From assembly GCA_964584555.1 (NCBI GenBank), contig CAZPBT010000002.1:1-45549 (forward strand): 45,549 nt of DNA, given 5' to 3'. The notes beneath the pieces are model-generated. The model ran no database searches. It had not been told where the DNA came from and saw only the letters and a program-made list of their open reading frames with translations. Each line of letters begins with the position of its first letter. Positions within the stretch are counted from its first letter, which is position 1. This document shows positions 28,668 through 36,503 of the stretch, piece by piece. The DNA is from an uncultured Chitinophagales bacterium (GTDB lineage: Bacteria > Bacteroidota > Bacteroidia > Chitinophagales > JADIYW01). The translations under genes were made by a program, and so were the position numbers.

Positions 28668-29630
28668 TCAGTTGATGAAAAGATTTAGATTTTTTTTAAA
28701 AATAGCCAAAGCCTGACTTCTGGCGGATAGTTGCAGATATTGCTTATCTGCACTATCCCAATCTTGTGTGTGTTGATTAAGCCAGTTGTCAAACAGCAGT
28801 CGTAAATTTTCATTTACGGCTGTTTTTTTTTGTGCTTGCCTTTTTTGCATCCATGCACCATTAACTGTTAGGTTTTGGAAGAAAAGTTCTATTTCGGCAA
28901 ACACCTTTTCCATACCGGTATGTTCAGTAGACGATACGGCCAGTATAGGAATATCTTTGTTCTTTGTCAGCCGGATAGCATGTAGCAGTTGTGCTTTGCA
29001 ATGATTTGCTTGTGTTAGATTTGATACTTCAGCTTTATTGATAATCAGTATATCAGCCATTTCCATGATACCTTTTTTTATTCCCTGCAATTCATCACCC
29101 GCATTAGGTTGTATGAGCAACATAAATAAATCAGTCAAATCTTTCGCAGCAGTTTCTGATTGCCCTACACCAACAGTTTCTACTAAAATATAATCAAAAC
29201 CAAAAGCTTCGCAAAGTGTAATGACATCGCGGGTGCGGGGAGAAGCACCACCCAAATGCAAAGCAGATGCCGTAGGCCGGATATAAATATGTTCATCATT
29301 AAGCAGATCTTCCATCCTTGTTTTATCACCTAAAATACTTCCCTTGCTCTCACTGCTGCTGGGATCTATGGCCAGTATGGCTACACGTTTCTGCTGACTA
29401 CTCAGGTATTTACCAAATGCGTTGATAAATGTACTCTTACCCACACCGGGTGAACCGGTTATGGCAATCCGTTTTGCTGTTTTATTTATTATCGTAAGTT
29501 CATCCAACAATGTCAGCGCAATTTCTTCATCTTGCTTGAGCGTACTTTCAATTAGTGTTATTGCCTTGCTCAGGATAAAGCGGTTTCCATCCAGAATTCC
29601 GTTTTTATAATAGGTAGCCGAATGTTGCAT
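28668..29630 (-). CDS. meaB: Methylmalonyl-CoA mutase-associated GTPase MeaB (ArgK-type)
   Basis: P-loop GSPGVGKST, DYILVETVGVGQSE and INKAE (the NKxD-like motif). I prefer the ATG at 29628-29630; the ORF track uses a GTG at 29648. Confidence 0.85.
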   Translation of the reverse strand: MQHSATYYKNGILDGNRFILSKAITLIESTLKQDEEIALTLLDELTIINKTAKRIAITGSPGVGKSTFINAFGKYLSSQQKRVAILAIDPSSSESKGSILGDKTRMEDLLNDEHIYIRPTASALHLGGASPRTRDVITLCEAFGFDYILVETVGVGQSETAAKDLTDLFMLLIQPNAGDELQGIKKGIMEMADILIINKAEVSNLTQANHCKAQLLHAIRLTKNKDIPILAVSSTEHTGMEKVFAEIELFFQNLTVNGAWMQKRQAQKKTAVNENLRLLFDNWLNQHTQDWDSADKQYLQLSARSQALAIFKKNLNLFIN

Positions 29631-29964
29631 TTTTGTATCCACACACAAAAATAATCTTGTTTTAGCAACTGCACAACTGCTAATTCTGATGTAAGATTTA
29701 TGGTATTTGTGTGTTTTTTGTGTGAATTATCTATAAGAATTAACATAACAATGAAACTATGTAAACATTGTTTTGATTGTAAGTTGTTGATTTTCAAGGT
29801 ATAATAATAGTTAATTATTTTTTATAATCGTTCGACATGTTTTTTAATGATTTTTCTCATAATAAAGTAATGCATTTCATGCTGAACTTTGCATCATGAT
29901 TTTTACAAATCTGCACACAGATAACAACCAAAACAATTTATTGAGGAAAAACGTTCCAATAGTG

Positions 29965-29996
29965 AAACGACGCACTGATTTTGCGTCGTTTTTTTA
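29965..29996 (+). terminator. Strong plus-strand hairpin plus T-run with no upstream plus-strand gene, 45 nt before the porin ATG
   Basis: A 10-bp perfect stem (AAACGACGCA at 29965-29974, TGCGTCGTTT at 29982-29991) with a 7-nt loop, followed by further Ts. Confidence 0.55.
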
Positions 29997-30040
29997 TTTA
30001 AATAAGTAAATGTAATATTATTAAATCAATCACACACCAT

Positions 30041-31198
30041 ATGAAACCAATTACTTATCAGTTAAAATTTTTGTGCCTTTTGATGGCACTTACATTGATG
30101 GGCAGTTTACATGCTCAAGACATTAAAACAAGTTTGAAATTCGGAAACGGATTTAACGTAGAAAATGGGGATACTTCATTCTCATTTAATTTGGCTGCTA
30201 TGCTACAATCAAGAATAGATGTCAATAAAGTGTTTGACAAAGACTTTAAACCCACTACACAATTACAAGCAAGAAGAGTTCGTTTGAAAATGAAGGGCAC
30301 ATTTTTACATCAAAAATTTGATTACAATTTGCAACTAAGTTTTTCTCCTTCAGATGTAAAAGCAGCAAACATTTTCTTAGATGGCTGGGTAAAATACAAA
30401 CCTGTTAAACAATTTGCCATTCAAATCGGACAGGGAAAACTTCCTGGTGACAGAGAAGAAATTATTTCAGCTGAAAGACAATTTTTTGTTGACAGAAGTA
30501 CAACGAACAGTTTATTTAAGCTGGATCGTGACTTTGGTGTACAATTATTTGGTAACTTTGGTAAAAAGTTCATCTTCAAACCTCGCTTCAGTATATCATC
30601 AGGTGAAGGCAAAAACTACACAGCGGTAGACATAGAGCATTTTGACTATACTGTGCGTTTAGATTTCTTACCAACGGGTGAGTTTTCACATGGAGGCGAT
30701 TTAACCTTTCAGGATTTTGACAGAGAAGCCAAACCAAAAGTTGCTTTTGGAGTAGCATATGACTTTAATAATAAGCCATCCATGTCAAGAGGACAATTGG
30801 GAGGAACTGCAGTAAATGATACATTCCGTAAAAATATACATTCCGTTTATGCAGATGCAATTCTTAAGTTCAAAGGTTTCACTACTACCGGAGGCTATGT
30901 ATTCCGCAAAGCTCAGGATAATACTAAATATGTTGCCGGACAATCTTTTTATGCAACTGCTTCTTATTTGTTCAAGAAAAAAGTGGAAATAGGTGCACGC
31001 TATAACCGTTCATTTGCAGGTAAATATGGTAAGGAAGCAAATGTAAACACTGTAAACGAATATGCATTTGGATTGGCTTATTACGTATTTAAAAATGCAC
31101 TTAAATTCCAAACCGACTATACCTTATTGCAAAATAAAACAAAAACCAATGACCAGCTATCGGGTATCTGGAGATTCCAGATGCAATTAGCATTCTAG
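30041..31198 (+). CDS. Outer-membrane porin, phosphate-selective porin O/P-like
   Basis: 385 aa with a signal peptide (LCLLMALTLMGSLHAQ), alternating beta-strand pattern and a terminal aromatic residue (QLAF). It sits directly upstream of the DUF47 and PiT phosphate genes. The family call rests on size and context, and is from memory. Confidence 0.6.
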   Translation: MKPITYQLKFLCLLMALTLMGSLHAQDIKTSLKFGNGFNVENGDTSFSFNLAAMLQSRIDVNKVFDKDFKPTTQLQARRVRLKMKGTFLHQKFDYNLQLSFSPSDVKAANIFLDGWVKYKPVKQFAIQIGQGKLPGDREEIISAERQFFVDRSTTNSLFKLDRDFGVQLFGNFGKKFIFKPRFSISSGEGKNYTAVDIEHFDYTVRLDFLPTGEFSHGGDLTFQDFDREAKPKVAFGVAYDFNNKPSMSRGQLGGTAVNDTFRKNIHSVYADAILKFKGFTTTGGYVFRKAQDNTKYVAGQSFYATASYLFKKKVEIGARYNRSFAGKYGKEANVNTVNEYAFGLAYYVFKNALKFQTDYTLLQNKTKTNDQLSGIWRFQMQLAF

Positions 31199-31247
31199 TA
31201 AAAAAATAATCTAAATAAATAAATTAATAACATCTAAAAACAATCTT

Positions 31248-31892
31248 ATGGGATTCTCAATTTTAAAATTCTTCCAACCTAAAGACAGAATTTTTTTCAA
31301 CTTGTTTGAACAAGCTGCCGATACTATGGTTGAAACCAGTAACGTATTTTTAAAAGCCATGAACGAAACCGGCGAAAAACGTTTTGAGTTGCTGGCACAC
31401 ACAAACGGATTAGAGCACAAAGCAGATAATATTACACATAATATCTATCTCGAATTAAATAAAAACTTCATCACGCCATTTGACCGTGAAGATGTGCATC
31501 AGCTGGCAGCTGCATTTGATGATGTGGTAGATTATATTGATGAAATAGGACATAAAATGAAAAACTTTGAATTCAGTGAGTTTGATGATTATGTTTATGA
31601 AATGTCACAACTGAATGATGAAGCCATAGCAGAATTAAAAGTTGCCTTATACGGCTTAAGGGGTATGAAAGAATTTGATAAGGTGAATGAAGCATGTATG
31701 AAAGTACATAGTCTGGAATCAAAAGTAGATTTATTATACAACCAAGCCATTGGCGATTTGGTACGCAAAAATAAAGACAACCCGGTGAAAATAATTTTGA
31801 TGAAAGATATCTATGTGGAGTTAGAGCTGATATCCGATTTATGCCAGGATTTATCTAACGTAATCGAAGGTATCATTATTAAGTATTCGTAA
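31248..31892 (+). CDS. DUF47 (PhoU-like, TIGR00153-type) protein associated with Pit transporters
   Basis: 214 aa. FFQPKDRIFFNLFEQ..., ITPFDREDVHQLAAAFDDVVDYIDE and a C-terminal helix-bundle repeat are typical of DUF47 proteins found next to pit genes. Confidence 0.85.
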   Translation: MGFSILKFFQPKDRIFFNLFEQAADTMVETSNVFLKAMNETGEKRFELLAHTNGLEHKADNITHNIYLELNKNFITPFDREDVHQLAAAFDDVVDYIDEIGHKMKNFEFSEFDDYVYEMSQLNDEAIAELKVALYGLRGMKEFDKVNEACMKVHSLESKVDLLYNQAIGDLVRKNKDNPVKIILMKDIYVELELISDLCQDLSNVIEGIIIKYS

Positions 31893-31976
31893 TGGTTTTT
31901 AGTTGTTAGCAACTGAAAACTGATTTCAACTTACTAATAGCTACTCACCAAAATTTTTCATCACTAAAATTATTTT

Positions 31977-33641
31977 ATGGAATTTTTAATTATCATTATT
32001 ATAATGGCCTTGATATTCGACTATATCAACGGTTTCCACGATGCCGCCAACTCGATAGCGACTATCGTATCAACAAAAGTACTTACGCCGTTTCAGGCGG
32101 TGGTATGGGCGGCATTTTTCAATTTTGTTGCCTTCTTAATTTTTAAAGACCATGCTGTAGCAAATACGATAGCCAAAACAGTACAGAAAGATTTTATTAC
32201 GCTTCCTGTAATATTTTCAGGGTTGATTGCGGCTATTGCATGGAACTTGATAACCTGGTGGTATGGCATACCATCATCATCATCACATACACTTATCGGT
32301 GGTTTTGCCGGTGCAGCTATTACAGCAGCATTTATGAAATTCGGTAAAATGCCCATCACAGATATCATTGACAGCAGTAAAGTACTAAAAACAGTAGCCT
32401 TTATTTTTCTCGCCCCGTTAATAGGTATGCTTATTTCCATGATTATCACCTTGATTATGATGACTAGAAATGTGTGGGTGAGATCGGGTATTTTGGTGTT
32501 GATTGGTGTATTAATCTGGTTTTCCTTTATTAATTTTCAGGAAACTAAAACAAATGAAAATATTTCAAAATTTTTCAAAGTCGACAAATACGAGAAGGAT
32601 ATAAAAGATCCTAAAAAAGCAGCGGATAAAGAAAAAAATGAAAATAAATTAGCTAAAGCAAAAGAGAATGCCAAAGCAAGTGCACCTTTTATTCACCATT
32701 ACGAAAGTAAAGGGGCTAAGCAAGTGGCAGATGAGATTTCTCAAAATGTTGACCTGAGCGATGTAACAACAGCTCGTATAGAAGATAAGCTGAAATTATT
32801 TTTTGAAGTGGACAAAATGAAAATTTTAGCAGAGAAAGACCCATCACAAAAACAAGCGGCAGATTTTGCAAAATCTTCTTATGATTCCTTGAAACATATG
32901 GCTAAGAGTCACAAAGAATTAGGAATTGATGGCATGGCAGAAAAAATGGTAGCAACCGGATTGGTGCAAGCCAATAAAATTGATGATTTCAACAAAGCCG
33001 TTAAAATCGATATTAAAAAGGATTTGACTAAAGAACTTTCAAAAGGGGATAACCATTTGATTCGCTATGGCTTGCTCACTGTATTAGCTATCATGATAAT
33101 ATCCTTTTTCTACAATGAGGTTATACATGCACCGAGTGCCATGAAAACGGCGAATAATTTCAAACGTTTGCAACTTCTATCTTCCGCTTTATTCAGCGTA
33201 GGACATGGTGGTAACGATGCGCAAAAAGTAATGGGTATTATTGCAGCAGCGTTAATGGCTAACGGCACCATTGCTGATATTAAAAATATGCCCGACTGGG
33301 TGCCATTGGCTTGTTATAGTGCTATTGCTTTAGGTACGTTAAGTGGGGGTTGGAAAATTGTGAAAACCATGGGTTCACGCATTACCAAAGTAACGCCATT
33401 GGAAGGCGTTGTAGCAGAAACTTCCGGAGCGATTACCTTGTTTGTAACTGAACAAATGGGTATTCCGGTATCTACTACGCATACCATTACAGGTTCTATT
33501 ATTGGTGTTGGAGCTACAAAAAGATTAAGTGCAGTGCGTTGGGGAGTTACCAAAAACTTGTTTATTGCCTGGGTAATTACTATTCCGATAAGTGCTTTGT
33601 TTGCTGCGGTTACATATTTTATTGTAAGTAAATTCATATAA
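31977..33641 (+). CDS. Inorganic phosphate transporter, PiT (PHO4) family, with a long central hydrophilic loop
   Basis: 554 aa with the N-terminal signature GFHDAANSIAT and the C-terminal signature GHGGNDAQKVMG. A K/E-rich loop of about 175 aa (aa 188-362) lies between the two halves. Confidence 0.9.
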   Translation: MEFLIIIIIMALIFDYINGFHDAANSIATIVSTKVLTPFQAVVWAAFFNFVAFLIFKDHAVANTIAKTVQKDFITLPVIFSGLIAAIAWNLITWWYGIPSSSSHTLIGGFAGAAITAAFMKFGKMPITDIIDSSKVLKTVAFIFLAPLIGMLISMIITLIMMTRNVWVRSGILVLIGVLIWFSFINFQETKTNENISKFFKVDKYEKDIKDPKKAADKEKNENKLAKAKENAKASAPFIHHYESKGAKQVADEISQNVDLSDVTTARIEDKLKLFFEVDKMKILAEKDPSQKQAADFAKSSYDSLKHMAKSHKELGIDGMAEKMVATGLVQANKIDDFNKAVKIDIKKDLTKELSKGDNHLIRYGLLTVLAIMIISFFYNEVIHAPSAMKTANNFKRLQLLSSALFSVGHGGNDAQKVMGIIAAALMANGTIADIKNMPDWVPLACYSAIALGTLSGGWKIVKTMGSRITKVTPLEGVVAETSGAITLFVTEQMGIPVSTTHTITGSIIGVGATKRLSAVRWGVTKNLFIAWVITIPISALFAAVTYFIVSKFI

Positions 33642-33677
33642 ACTACAACAGACAAAATTAACTAGCTATTCAATTTG

Positions 33678-33727
33678 CCTCCTCTGTAAAGCATAATAAA
33701 ACATGCAAAACGGGGGAGGTTTTTTTA
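33678..33727 (+). terminator. Possible terminator of the phosphate operon
   Basis: CCTCCTC (33678-33684) pairs with GGGGAGG (33713-19, one G-U pair), followed by a T-run. The loop is long (about 28 nt), so this is only moderately convincing. Confidence 0.4.
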
Positions 33728-33890
33728 TGTCGAAATCAAGTTATTTCAAATATTAATGTTGATTTTCTAAATAGAATAGATTTCAATATTGATTGATTTA
33801 AATTTTTGAAAAAACAGTTACTAAAAAAAAGTGAAGTTGCGCAACCGTCCGCTTTGGGTGGAATGTCTGCCCTTGTTACCAGTTGGCATT

Positions 33891-34295
33891 TTAATTGTTT
33901 TGAGTGACAATAATTCTGTCAAAATAATCTCCATTTTGCAATTCAAATTTTAATATTCTATCAGAATTTGAATTGTTTTCATTCATCGTAATGGATATTG
34001 TTTTTCCATCATCTTTACGCTCAATCTGAAAATCTGCTTTATTTAAAATAAAATTTTTAGCAGTTTTTTCAATACCATTTAAATCGACAATATTATCTTT
34101 GTAAATTATGTCGCTAATCCACCAATTTGTGGATTCAGTTTTAATGGTAAGTGACTGTTGATTTTTACTCAAAACAATTTCTTTTGCAGACAATTTTATA
34201 TTATTGTTCCATTTTCCGTCAATAATAATTCTTTCACACGAATTAATTGTTAGCACTGTAATGATAAGTGTAAAGAATGTCAGTATTTTATTAAT
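33891..34295 (-). CDS. Small lipoprotein, hypothetical (possible BACON-like beta-sandwich); likely non-canonical start
   Basis: The ORF track starts at a GTG (34254-34256), in the middle of a lipoprotein signal. The in-frame upstream codons, back to a TAA at 34299-34301, encode I-I-N-K-I-L-T-F-F-T-L-I-I-T-V-L-T-I-N-S-C, which is a complete signal with a lipobox. The only candidate starts are ATA/ATT/CTG. The C-terminal pattern N.NNSNSDR...F.L......IIVTQ resembles BACON-type domains (weak, from memory). Confidence 0.5.
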   Translation of the reverse strand: MNKILTFFTLIITVLTINSCERIIIDGKWNNNIKLSAKEIVLSKNQQSLTIKTESTNWWISDIIYKDNIVDLNGIEKTAKNFILNKADFQIERKDDGKTISITMNENNSNSDRILKFELQNGDYFDRIIVTQNN

Positions 34296-34593
34296 TATTT
34301 ATAATCTAATATATTTATATAAATATGTTATGAATTTACCGCTAAAGGCAGTATCTCTTTTAATACTAATCAAGTCGTGTACAAAACTCGGTTTTTCGCA
34401 AAATTCTGTAATTAAAGTAATTATTTATTCATAAACGAAAATTGGAGATGAATATTTATTTATATATCATTTAATATATTCATCTAACAAATAAATTAAA
34501 AAGACAATTATTAGATTTCGTTCTCTCGTTCTAAAAAAAATAATGCTTGTTTTTTTTAAAGTCCGACGAAATTTAGTTCTTGTGTGCTGTTAT

Positions 34594-35301
34594 TTAGTTA
34601 CCAAATACTTCAACGTATATAATCTCTTTTTTGCAATTATATCTAATAGGTAGTGTATCGCCAAGTCCTTTACTTACTAGATAGAAAGTATCGTCAATTT
34701 TAGTTTTCAGAATGTTCCATTTGTAGAAAAGTCTTCCGGGATATAAACCATTATTATTGTCCCAAAATACGAATTGACAACCATGTAAATGTCCTGCAAA
34801 CGCTAAATTAAACTTATTTTTTGTTTTATCAATATTTTTTGGATTGTGTTGTAGAAGTATACTAAAGTCTGTTGCTTTGTTAGTTTCAGCCATTCTGCTG
34901 TTTGAGATATAAATATTGATATTACCTAAATTAAGCCTTTCAACATTCTTGTCCAACCAAATTACTTTGTTTTTGATAATTTCATTCTTTATTTTATCCA
35001 ATCCAAAAAAAAAGTCATGATTACCAGCTATTGCATAATTGTTTTCTCTTTGTAACAAAAAGCTTAGGAACTCTTTAAAGAAAGGAAAGCCTTTTTTTGA
35101 ATCTACATAGTCGCCGCCTAATAAAAGTATTGTTGGGTTTAATGCTTCAATTTGATTTTTAAGGTTGTCAATTAAATCTTTACTAAATCCGTTTAAATGC
35201 AAATCCGAAATGAATAAAATACTAAAATTACAAGGTGTTTGAGTTTGGTAAATTTCTCTACGAATTTCAAAATCATCATTATACCCTATTGCTAACTTCA
35301 T
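34594..35301 (-). CDS. Metallophosphoesterase (calcineurin-like, YkuE/YaeI-type), no signal peptide or TM
   Basis: 235 aa with motifs ISDLHL (DxH), GGDYVD (GDxxD), GNHD, LLQHNP and GHLHGCQ (GHxHGGQ-like). Confidence 0.85.
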   Translation of the reverse strand: MKLAIGYNDDFEIRREIYQTQTPCNFSILFISDLHLNGFSKDLIDNLKNQIEALNPTILLLGGDYVDSKKGFPFFKEFLSFLLQRENNYAIAGNHDFFFGLDKIKNEIIKNKVIWLDKNVERLNLGNINIYISNSRMAETNKATDFSILLQHNPKNIDKTKNKFNLAFAGHLHGCQFVFWDNNNGLYPGRLFYKWNILKTKIDDTFYLVSKGLGDTLPIRYNCKKEIIYVEVFGN

Positions 35302-35809
35302 TTTGATACCAAATTAAAATTGCGAAACAACCAATATACCAATTTTTAAAAGGGTTTTTAAAGTTTAGAAATCCTAAAATCATGAATATCCCAATTTGAC
35401 TTACTGTAAATATTGTTTTAAAAAGCCCAGTTTTATACGTTTGTCTTATACTTTTTAAAATTGGATTTTTCACATTGTCAATTAGTAAAGGAAATAGAAA
35501 TAAAAAATGTACTTCACAAAAATAAAAAATCAATATTGAAACAGGTGCAAGAAAAATATTTAGTCTCATTAGCAAGAATAGTGAAAGAACCCAAATTGTC
35601 AGGCAAGTACCATATTTTAAATAGCCATACCTGTTAAAATTTATGTTTGGGAAAATACTTATATTACTTTTATTATCTAAACATTTTAAACTTTCATACA
35701 TCCACTTTGCTCCATAATTGAAAATATTAAATGAAAAAACATGTTCAATTTTATTAGGCATTCTTTCGAAATGACTTGTACTTTGAGTTATTAAGTGTCT
35801 ATAATTCAT
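35279..35809 (-). CDS. Hypothetical multi-pass membrane protein (176 aa)
   Basis: The ATG at 35807-35809 overlaps the upstream stop as ATGA; the ORF track's TTG at 35842 is less likely. A hydrophilic N-terminus of about 60 aa is followed by about 4 hydrophobic helices. The 3' end overlaps the phosphoesterase ORF by 23 nt. No family is recognised. Confidence 0.6.
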   Translation of the reverse strand: MNYRHLITQSTSHFERMPNKIEHVFSFNIFNYGAKWMYESLKCLDNKSNISIFPNINFNRYGYLKYGTCLTIWVLSLFLLMRLNIFLAPVSILIFYFCEVHFLFLFPLLIDNVKNPILKSIRQTYKTGLFKTIFTVSQIGIFMILGFLNFKNPFKNWYIGCFAILIWYQNEVSNRV

Positions 35810-36297
35810 CGGTAATAAATAAAATGAATCCACGAAAGCCAAGCAATTCCATTACCGAAGACCAACATTCTATGAAATGTATTCTCCAATTTTCCACAGC
35901 GTTTTATATGAAATTTAAACTCATCATAACTAATTGCCACAACCGTATAAATTAGAACAATTATAATTGGGATTAAGAAAATTGTGGGTTTTGAATTCAT
36001 TGTTGCAACCCACATCAATACAAACATAGGTAATCCGCCAAGTCCGAGAGCCGCAGCTTCTGCATCCCTTTCTTTTTTAGGGATTTTCATATTCAAAGGG
36101 TTTCTATGATATTTCCAATCAAGTACACCACCTGTTGTCGCAATAATTCCAAATAAAAATATGACTATAAACTGCCAGGGTAAAAAAGGAAACGAATTTG
36201 ATAATTCAAGTTTTGGATTGTCTTTATAAATCAAAAGCAATATCCCAAAAAGTATTCCAGGAATAAAAAGCAATATAAGTGAAAGGTATCGTCGCAT
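35806..36297 (-). CDS. Hypothetical multi-pass membrane protein (163 aa)
   Basis: ATG start with about 5 hydrophobic helices. Polar His/Asp/Glu clusters sit at helix ends (DWKYH, YDEFKFH, TFHR, WIHF). No family is recognised. Confidence 0.6.
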   Translation of the reverse strand: MRRYLSLILLFIPGILFGILLLIYKDNPKLELSNSFPFLPWQFIVIFLFGIIATTGGVLDWKYHRNPLNMKIPKKERDAEAAALGLGGLPMFVLMWVATMNSKPTIFLIPIIIVLIYTVVAISYDEFKFHIKRCGKLENTFHRMLVFGNGIAWLSWIHFIYYR

Positions 36298-36470
36298 TTA
36301 TTTGTTTTTATTTTTATATGTTGTAATTAACTCTGTCTAGCGCCAACTATCATTGATGCAAAATCAGTAGCTTGCAATTCCGAGTTCTGCATTAATGAGT
36401 TCAAATTTAGTTATTTGTTTATAAAAGGGAAAAGGGTAAATGTATATTTTAACAGAAAATATTTAAATAC

Positions 36471-36503
36471 GCAAGCGGGCGCGCCGAAGGCGCGCCCGCT
36501 TGC
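36471..36503 (-). terminator. GC-rich perfect hairpin (15-bp stem, GAA loop) downstream of the beta-barrel OMP gene
   Basis: GCAAGCGGGCGCGCC-GAA-GGCGCGCCCGCTTGC has 27/33 G+C in an AT-rich locus. It lies 35 nt past the stop at 36538 and is followed on the minus strand by a T-rich sequence (gtatttaaatattttc). Confidence 0.55.

Noticed and set aside
28668-29630. meaB lacking an adjacent methylmalonyl-CoA mutase gene
   Set aside because: MeaB-type GTPases are often encoded away from the mutase subunits. The absence within one window is not informative.
29751-29804. 17-codon Cys-rich mini-ORF (MKLCKHCFDCKLLIFKV) in the leader upstream of the phosphate operon
   Set aside because: Short ATG frames arise easily by chance in AT-rich DNA. 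There is no promoter box or other support, so it cannot be distinguished from noise without conservation or ribosome-profiling data.
33830-33890. GC-richer patch at the left edge of the AT-rich islet as a tRNA fragment or att site
   Set aside because: There is no T-loop (GGTTCGAATCC-like) or acceptor/CCA features and no matching direct repeat at the right edge. Only a weak G-U-containing hairpin is present. It is kept merely as a boundary note.
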